This document shows, one piece after another, positions 57,892-64,000 of a stretch of 64,000 bases of DNA. Positions within the stretch are counted from its first letter, which is position 1. Each line of letters starts with the position of its first letter. Location of the stretch: assembly GCA_039932375.1 (NCBI GenBank), contig JBDTQD010000002.1, forward strand, positions 133-64,132, read 5' to 3'. The DNA comes from Chloroflexota bacterium. Its GTDB lineage: Bacteria; Chloroflexota; Limnocylindria; QHBO01. The translations under genes and the position numbers were made by a program. The notes under the pieces are model-generated. The model was not told the DNA's origin. It did not search any database and saw only the letters and a list, made by a program, of their open reading frames with translations.

Positions 57892-58950
57892 TCAGCCCGC
57901 ATGCCTTCTCCCGGTCGCTTTGGTGGCTGCGCCGATGAGGCCCGGTCCCGCGTAGACGAGTCCCGACCAGAGCTGGACGAGATCCGCGCCGGCATCGAGA
58001 AGCATCGCTGCGTCCTCCCCGGAGCCGATTCCGCCCGACGCGATGATGGCGAGCCGCGATCCGGCCAGGCTGCGCGCGCGTCGGACCACGCCCCGTGTTC
58101 GCGTCAGCAGGGGCGCGCCCGAGAGCCCGCCGATTTCCTGAGCGAGCCCTGGCGGCGAGACGAGCCGATTGCGCGCCAGGGTCGTGTTGGTCAGGATCAC
58201 CCCCGCCGCTGACTCCTCGACAGCCGCCAGGGTCGCCTCGAGCTCACCCTGCGCAAGGTCGGGCGCCAGCTTGACGAAGATTGGCCTCGAGCAGCCGAGC
58301 CGCTCACCGGCGTTCACCAACGCCTCGAGCAGCGCGCGGAGGCGGTTCGGGGCCTGCAGGTCGCGCAGGCCGGGCGTGTTGGGCGAGGAGACGTTGATGG
58401 CCAGGTAGTCGGCCAGCGGCGCCAACACGCGTTGGACGGACAGGTAGTCGCGCGGCGAGTCCTCGTTCGTCGTGACCGCGTTGCGTCCGATGTTGACGCC
58501 TACTACGAAGCCGGCGGGCAGATGCCCGCGCACCGCAGCCAGGTTGCGGGCCACCGCCTCGGCGCCCGCGTTGTTGAACCCCATCCGGTTAATCAGCGCC
58601 TCGTCTCGAGGGAGCCGGAAGAGACGAGGCCGAGGGCTGCCTCGCTGGGGGAGCGGGGTGACGGTCCCGACCTCCGCGAAACCAAGTCCCAGCGCCGCCC
58701 AGCCCCGTAGCGCGACAGCATCCTTGTCGAAGCCGGCCCCGAGCCCGACCTGGCTACGGAAGCGAAGGCCTACCGCCTGGACGGCATGGTCGTGGTGCGG
58801 AGCTCCGCCGGCCAGGGCCGCGAGGCTGCGTCCGGTCGACGTGCCGCCGGCGACGCGCAGCGCACCCAGGCTGAACCGATGAATCTCCTCGGAATCGAAG
58901 CGGAAGAGGAGCGGCCGAATCGCGCGGTACGCGCCGCTCCGCCAGGGCAT
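57892..58950 (-). CDS. pyrD: Dihydroorotate dehydrogenase (quinone), class 2
   Basis: Class-2 DHOD motifs and N-terminal membrane-association segment. Confidence 0.9.
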   Translation of the reverse strand: MPWRSGAYRAIRPLLFRFDSEEIHRFSLGALRVAGGTSTGRSLAALAGGAPHHDHAVQAVGLRFRSQVGLGAGFDKDAVALRGWAALGLGFAEVGTVTPLPQRGSPRPRLFRLPRDEALINRMGFNNAGAEAVARNLAAVRGHLPAGFVVGVNIGRNAVTTNEDSPRDYLSVQRVLAPLADYLAINVSSPNTPGLRDLQAPNRLRALLEALVNAGERLGCSRPIFVKLAPDLAQGELEATLAAVEESAAGVILTNTTLARNRLVSPPGLAQEIGGLSGAPLLTRTRGVVRRARSLAGSRLAIIASGGIGSGEDAAMLLDAGADLVQLWSGLVYAGPGLIGAATKATGRRHAG

Positions 58951-59345
58951 CAGTCGTCGTGGGCGCGGGGGAAAGCCATCTCGGAGGGGCGCAGGGCCGG
59001 CAGCGGCTCGCTATCGGCCGCGGCCTCGACGCCCGGCGCGGCCATGAACTCGTGCCAGACCTCCGTGCCGGCGGCGGGCGGATCGTCGAGCTCCTTGATG
59101 GCCACGATCCCCTCGAAGCGGATCACGCCGGACTCGCCGACATCGGTCTCGAACTCGTCCTCGTACTCCTCGGCGACCTCGATGGCATGCCCCATTGCGG
59201 TCTCCTCGTCATCGCCGTCTACCAGCACCACGCGGTCCTCGACCATGATCGGGGCGCCGTCGACGAGGTACGCGTATCGGAGCTGGACGCTGAACCAGCC
59301 GCTCGGGTCGACCACCGGCTCGAGGGCGAGCTCGTCGAGGGTCAT
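58950..59345 (-). CDS. Small acidic hypothetical protein (DUF4288-like?)
   Basis: Start/stop overlaps with both neighbours. Confidence 0.45.
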   Translation of the reverse strand: MTLDELALEPVVDPSGWFSVQLRYAYLVDGAPIMVEDRVVLVDGDDEETAMGHAIEVAEEYEDEFETDVGESGVIRFEGIVAIKELDDPPAAGTEVWHEFMAAPGVEAAADSEPLPALRPSEMAFPRAHDD

Positions 59346-60937
59346 GCCGGGGGCGGCTCCTGCCCCATCACCGTCTGCGACTGCTCCCGCAGGAACTGCT
59401 GCACGTAGTACGGACCCAGCCCGCTCTTGCCGGAGGAGCCGGAGCCCTTCCAGCCGCCGAACGACTGGATGCCGGGCCAGGCGCCGGTCGTGGCGCCCGA
59501 GCGGCGGTTGACGTAGACCACGCCCGCCTGGATGGTGTCCAGGAAACGTCGGATCTGCGCGTTGTCGTGGCTGAAGATGCCCGCCGTCAGGCCATAGGGG
59601 GTCGCGTTCGAGAGCGCGATCGCCTCGTCAACCGAGTCGACCTCGCCGACCACGATGAAGGGCACGAACAGCTCGTCACGGAAGAGCCGATGGCTGGTCG
59701 GCAGGCCCGCCACGACGGTCGGGGTCGGGAAGTAGCCGCGCGTCGTATCGGGGTCGCGCAGCACCTCGCCGCCGACCTCCACCCGGCCGCCGTCGCGTTT
59801 CGCCTCGGCGACGGCATCGGTGAACTTGCCCAGGGCGCGCTCATTGATGACCGGGCCCATCCAGGTCTCGCGCCGGGTCGGATCGCCGACGCGGATCCTC
59901 TTCGCCTTCTCGACCAGCAACTCAGTGAAGGGGCCGGCCACGGAGCGCTCGACATAGACGCGGCTGTTGGCGCTGCACTTCTGCCCGTCGTAGCCGAACG
60001 CGGATCGCATCACGCCCTCGGCGGCCTCATCCAGGTCGGCGGAGGCGCTGACGATGGACGGGTTCTTGCCGCCCATCTCGGTGATGATCGGCCGAGGATA
60101 GTCGCGCGTGAAGCTGGTGTAGAGCCGCATCCCGACCTCGTAACTGCCGGTGAAGACCATCCCGTCAATGTCGGCGTTCGTCTCGAGCTCCGCGCCGACC
60201 GTCTCCCCGGGGCCGGTGACCAGGTTGAAGACCCCCGGCGGAATGCCGGCGTCGCGCAGCGCCTCGCAGAACTTGTACGCCATCAACGGCGCGTCGGAGG
60301 AGGGCTTGATCACGACCGTGTTGCCGGCGATCAGCGCGCCGCCGGCGGGTCCACCGGCGAGCGCCATCGGGAAGTTGAAGGGGCTGATCACCGCCCACAC
60401 GCCATGCGGCTTCAGGATCGAGCGCGTGTGCTCGGCCGGCGAGAGGGACCCCATCGGCTGCACAAAGCCGTTCGCCTTCTCCATCCCGTCGCTGTAGTAG
60501 CGCAGCAGGTCGGCGGTCTCCTCGACGTCGCCGAGCGCCTCGAGCCGGGTCTTGCCTACCTCGAATGACATCAGCGCGGCGTAGTCGAACTGGCGCTCGC
60601 TGATCAGGTCGGCGGCGCGCCGGATCAGCTCCAGCCGCTTGCGCCAGCCGAGGTCGCGCCAGGCCGGGAATGCCGCGCGCGCGGCGGCGACTGCGTCCTC
60701 CACGTCCGTGGGCGTCCCAAGCGGGAAGCGGGAAACGACGATGGTGGCGTCGATCGGAGAGCGGTCCTCGAACTCGCTCGCGCCGCTCCTTTCCTCGGCC
60801 CCGATCAGCATTGGGTACGAGCGACCGAGTTCGCCGCGCGCCCGTTCGACGGCGGCGTCGAACGCTGCCTGCAGCTCCTCGTTGTCCGCCGACAGGGTGG
60901 CGTAGGTGATCTTCATGCGGGGTGTGGTGGTGGCCAT
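59342..60937 (-). CDS. L-glutamate gamma-semialdehyde (1-pyrroline-5-carboxylate) dehydrogenase
   Basis: ALDH core plus P5CDH-type Gly-rich C-terminus (GAWPGIQSFGGWKGSGSSGKSG); GGAGG RBS for ATG 60937. Confidence 0.85.
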   Translation of the reverse strand: MATTTPRMKITYATLSADNEELQAAFDAAVERARGELGRSYPMLIGAEERSGASEFEDRSPIDATIVVSRFPLGTPTDVEDAVAAARAAFPAWRDLGWRKRLELIRRAADLISERQFDYAALMSFEVGKTRLEALGDVEETADLLRYYSDGMEKANGFVQPMGSLSPAEHTRSILKPHGVWAVISPFNFPMALAGGPAGGALIAGNTVVIKPSSDAPLMAYKFCEALRDAGIPPGVFNLVTGPGETVGAELETNADIDGMVFTGSYEVGMRLYTSFTRDYPRPIITEMGGKNPSIVSASADLDEAAEGVMRSAFGYDGQKCSANSRVYVERSVAGPFTELLVEKAKRIRVGDPTRRETWMGPVINERALGKFTDAVAEAKRDGGRVEVGGEVLRDPDTTRGYFPTPTVVAGLPTSHRLFRDELFVPFIVVGEVDSVDEAIALSNATPYGLTAGIFSHDNAQIRRFLDTIQAGVVYVNRRSGATTGAWPGIQSFGGWKGSGSSGKSGLGPYYVQQFLREQSQTVMGQEPPPA

Positions 60938-61132
60938 CTCGCCTCTCGGCCCTCCGCGGTTCAGGGTCGCGCCCGTGCCGGAAGGCCGGGCGTTGCGTTG
61001 GGGATCTGCGCTCATTATGGCACCCGCCCGTGAAGCGGAGCATGCCAAAGGCCAGGCTCCGGGGGGAGAAGAGCCTGGCCTTCGACGGCGCGAATCATAC
61101 GGGCCACGCTCAGGCCTCGCAAGGAGTTTTCG

Positions 61133-61828
61133 TCAGCCCTTGGCGAGGTGATAGAGGCCCAGCTTGAGGGTCAGCGAGGCCGGATGAGGCCTAACCAGGA
61201 AGGCGCGCGCCCGGTCGCCGTAGAGGCGCGGCAGGAGCTCCATGGCGGTCGCCGGATCGGAGATGTCGATGCGGCTATGCACCACCTTGATTTTGAAACC
61301 GTGGCGCAGCCACCAGCCGGTGCGTCGCTGCGTTGCCTCGAGGGCATGCGCCACGACCTCGGGCTCCAGCAGGCTGGAGACCTGGTCGCGACCGTAGTAG
61401 CCGATCACGATCAGCCGCCCACCGGGGCGCAGGACGCGCAGCAGTTCCTCGATCGCGGGCAGCGAGGCATCATCGGCCTCGATCAGGCCGCACAGCACCA
61501 CGTCCACGGCGCCGTCGCGGAGGGGCAACGACTCGAGGGCGCCCTCGACGATGCGCAGGTTCGGCTGATGAGCGTCACTGGCCCGCTGCCGCGCAACGTC
61601 GAGCAGCGCCGGATCGGACTCGATCCCATAGGTGCGACCGGTGTGCCTGGCCAGCAGCATCGGGTAGTGGCCGATCCCTGTCCCGACGTCGGCGATCCGC
61701 TTGCCGGCGAGCGGCGTGATCCGCTCGATGGCGGTCAGCACCTTGCGCTCGGGGTCGATCACCTCCCCGAGGCGGGCATGCATCGCGGCATCGATGCCGG
61801 TCCAGGCGGGAAGGATGGCGTGCATCAC
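61133..61828 (-). CDS. Class I SAM-dependent methyltransferase
   Basis: DVGTGIGHY motif I plus post-I/II motifs. Confidence 0.75.
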   Translation of the reverse strand: MMHAILPAWTGIDAAMHARLGEVIDPERKVLTAIERITPLAGKRIADVGTGIGHYPMLLARHTGRTYGIESDPALLDVARQRASDAHQPNLRIVEGALESLPLRDGAVDVVLCGLIEADDASLPAIEELLRVLRPGGRLIVIGYYGRDQVSSLLEPEVVAHALEATQRRTGWWLRHGFKIKVVHSRIDISDPATAMELLPRLYGDRARAFLVRPHPASLTLKLGLYHLAKG

Positions 61829-62511
61829 GGGACATTCACCTGCTCGATTGCCGGGGCATGGCCGCTGGTGAGCACCGCCTCACCGTCCAGGATCTGGAGG
61901 GCAAAGACAAGCGGCCCCGGAGCGACCCTGGTGGCCAAGACCGGGATCGTGAGCGTCCCGTCCGGAAGGAGCGGCCCCCAGCCGAGCGACGTGGTGCCGG
62001 CCGGCTCCCCCTGTTCGCCAGGCCCCTCGACCCACTTCGTCCAGTCCTGCACGAGCGGATCGCCTCCCTCCCTGATGCGCTGCTGCGACGGCTCGAACGG
62101 CGCCAGGACGATCGTATCGCGCACGGCGGTCGGCCAGCGCAGGACCAGCTCCGGCACCATCGTCTTCGTCAGGTTGCTGACGACCACGACCAGTCGACCC
62201 GACTCGCCGGCTTTCAGCTCCACGGTTACGGAGAAGGTGATCGTGGTCTGGCTGGTCGCCGCCGGCGCGGGCAGGGTCAGGTGCGGGATCGGCGTGGCCG
62301 TCGGTTCTGGAGTGGCCGTGGGCAGGGCCGAGGGTGATGCGCTCGGGCTCGGGGTCTGGGGACTCGGCGACGGCGACGCGACGCAGGCGGCGAGTGCGCT
62401 CGCAATGAGCGCGGCCATCGACGCAATGGCCGGTAGCCGGTGCCAACTGGAGCGCGGGATGCGGATCGAATGTGCGACGGTCACGGCGACACCGGGATGC
62501 AAAGGGCTCAT
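61825..62511 (-). CDS. Putative lipoprotein with Pro/Ser/Thr-rich linker
   Basis: Lipobox LAAC; low-complexity linker then a beta-rich domain; start uncertain. Confidence 0.45.
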   Translation of the reverse strand: MSPLHPGVAVTVAHSIRIPRSSWHRLPAIASMAALIASALAACVASPSPSPQTPSPSASPSALPTATPEPTATPIPHLTLPAPAATSQTTITFSVTVELKAGESGRLVVVVSNLTKTMVPELVLRWPTAVRDTIVLAPFEPSQQRIREGGDPLVQDWTKWVEGPGEQGEPAGTTSLGWGPLLPDGTLTIPVLATRVAPGPLVFALQILDGEAVLTSGHAPAIEQVNVP

Positions 62512-62585
62512 CGGGGCATGGCCATCGGCCACGCATCGGCATGGTATGCGAGGGACCGTCGGTGCGCGCTGCTACGATCGTCCGG

Positions 62586-63002
62586 ATGTCCGACGAGCCG
62601 CCACCGCCCATGCCGATCGGGGTCAGGCTCTGGTTCATCTGGGCCTTCGCCCTGCTGGCCATCACCGGCCTGCTGCTGCCGCGCATCATCGAGTTCGTCG
62701 ACTTCAGCCAGAAGGCGCCATTCAGCCTGCTCGGCATCTTCATGATGGCGGAGCTGGCGGCCCTCCTCTTCGGGATCACCGTCGCCATGCAGCGCAAGCG
62801 AATCGCGCACCGTTTCGCGATCGGCATCGCAATCCTGGCCGCGCCGATCCTTGCCGGCCTGCCGCCGATCCTGCTCGACTTCCCGCCGGCGGCCGCCGCC
62901 GGCTGGCAGGCCCTCTTCCTGCCAGTCGGCCTCGCGATCAGCGCGATCCTGGTCGTGGGGCTCCTGCGGCCGCGGTCGCGCGCCTACTTCAGCGAGGACT
63001 GA
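62586..63002 (+). CDS. Hypothetical membrane protein (4 TM)
   Basis: Internal ATG after an Arg-rich stretch; hydrophobic helices. Confidence 0.45.
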   Translation: MSDEPPPPMPIGVRLWFIWAFALLAITGLLLPRIIEFVDFSQKAPFSLLGIFMMAELAALLFGITVAMQRKRIAHRFAIGIAILAAPILAGLPPILLDFPPAAAAGWQALFLPVGLAISAILVVGLLRPRSRAYFSED

Positions 63003-63020
63003 GGCGCTCCGGCGCCTCCC

Positions 63021-63026
63021 TATACT
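63021..63026 (+). promoter_or_regulatory. -10-like TATACT 6 nt upstream of ATG 63033 (leaderless candidate)
   Basis: Hexamer position. Confidence 0.3.
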
Positions 63027-63032
63027 GGGCCG

Positions 63033-64000
63033 ATGACCACCACGGCCGTCTCGGCGCGCACGATGCGCGCGCTGGCCAAGACGCGCCCCGAGCCCGGCCT
63101 CGAGCTGGTCCAGCGCCCGATCCCAGTGCCGGGCCCCGGCGAAGTACTGCTGCACATGGAGGCGGCCTCGATCTGTGGTACCGATTACCACCTCTTCAGC
63201 TGGGACCCGTGGGCGCGCGAGATTGTCAAGCCGCCGACAATCCTGGGGCATGAGCTGGCTGGCCGCGTGGTCGGCATCGGGGCAGGGGTGACGCGGGTAG
63301 TCGAAGGCGACCTCGTCGGCGTCGAGAGCCACATCGTCGACGGGACCTGCGCACAATGCCGCCGCGGCGATCGGCACCTCTGCCGCAATCTCAAGGTGAT
63401 CGGTGCGCACGTGGATGGCGGCTTTGCCGAGTTTGTCGTGATCCCCGAGGCCAACGCCATCGAGAGCAACGGTTTGGAGCCAGCGGTGGTGGCCCTCCAG
63501 GAGCCGATGGGCAACGCGGTCCACGCCGCTTTCGTCGAGCCGATCGAGGGCCGCACGGTCCTCGTCACCGGCTGTGGGCCGATCGGCCTCTGCGCGGTGG
63601 GGATCGCCCGTGCGGCCGGCGCGGCGATGGTGATCGCCACCGACACCGAGGAGTACCGCCTGGAGCTGGCACGGGGCATGGGCGCCGACATTGCCCTGGA
63701 TGCGCGTGACCCAGTCACCGTCGAGCGGATCCTGGACGCCACGTCGGGCGATGGCGTCGAGGTGGTGCTGGAGATGAGCGGCGCACAGGCCGCGCTCGAC
63801 CAGGCGCTGGCCGCGATCACGCGTGGCGGGCGGATCAGTCTGCTCGGCATCTTCGGCGACCCGGTGCGGGTCGACCTCTCCGACTTCGTGATCCAGAAGG
63901 GGCTCCGCATCTACGGCATCTACGGGCGGCGCATCTACGACACCTGGGAGCGGACCCAGGCGCTGCTGCGGTCAGGCGCCCTCGACGTCACGCCGATCAT
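63033..64000 (+). CDS. tdh: Zn-dependent L-threonine 3-dehydrogenase-like alcohol dehydrogenase (3' end outside the window)
   Basis: Hand translation: CGTDYH zinc motif, GCGPIGL Rossmann loop; not in the ORF track because there is no stop within the window. Confidence 0.8.
   Translation, partial: MTTTAVSARTMRALAKTRPEPGLELVQRPIPVPGPGEVLLHMEAASICGTDYHLFSWDPWAREIVKPPTILGHELAGRVVGIGAGVTRVVEGDLVGVESHIVDGTCAQCRRGDRHLCRNLKVIGAHVDGGFAEFVVIPEANAIESNGLEPAVVALQEPMGNAVHAAFVEPIEGRTVLVTGCGPIGLCAVGIARAAGAAMVIATDTEEYRLELARGMGADIALDARDPVTVERILDATSGDGVEVVLEMSGAQAALDQALAAITRGGRISLLGIFGDPVRVDLSDFVIQKGLRIYGIYGRRIYDTWERTQALLRSGALDVTPI

Noticed and set aside
1-64000. CRISPR arrays, transposases, phage genes, toxin-antitoxin pairs, rRNA
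   Set aside because: No short regularly spaced repeats and no recognisable transposase, integrase, phage structural or TA-family translations in any frame.

Overview
64-kb, about 70% GC chromosomal segment with tightly packed genes on both strands, many GTG/TTG starts, and many start/stop overlaps (ATGA/GTGA). Several TANNNT hexamers sit 6-12 nt upstream of start codons, which suggests leaderless transcripts. Content is core metabolism rather than an obvious island. It includes: a dispersed tyrosine-catabolism set (hppD, hmgA, FAH-family hydrolase, plus an odd DinB_2/MDMPI_N-threonine dehydratase fusion); a leucine-catabolism set (MCC alpha with an N-terminal HTH, MCC beta, methylglutaconyl-CoA hydratase, HMG-CoA lyase); GABA/proline/glutamate catabolism (two aldehyde dehydrogenases, a GabT-like aminotransferase, P5C dehydrogenase, CoA-transferase A/B); fumC, pyrD, thyX, an InhA-type fabI, a LOG protein and an IMPase; a complete group-I ECF transporter (S-T-A-A'); and a signalling cluster (ABC_sub_bind lipoprotein, sensor kinase, CheY-like REC, REC-adenylate cyclase, plus a NarL-type pair). 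There are also at least six VOC/glyoxalase and three DinB-family genes, one tRNA-Asp(GTC), and no CRISPR, integrase, transposase or rRNA. The InhA-like FabI, MDMPI_N-type domains and PIG-L deacetylase point to a mycothiol-type Actinobacterium; this is inference only. The most unusual locus is thyX - DinB - degenerate GGDEF (33.1-36.4 kb). A 64-bp element carrying a perfect DnaA-box-like palindrome (TTATCCAC-N13-GTGGATAA) occurs twice there, flanked by a duplicated 3' fragment of the GGDEF gene. Other oddities are domain fusions (HTH-biotin carboxylase, histidine phosphatase-NUDIX, MDMPI_N-threonine dehydratase, PCD-VOC), gene-remnant scars, and a weak cobalamin-riboswitch-like leader. All family assignments come from motif recognition by eye in the supplied translations; no database search was run.
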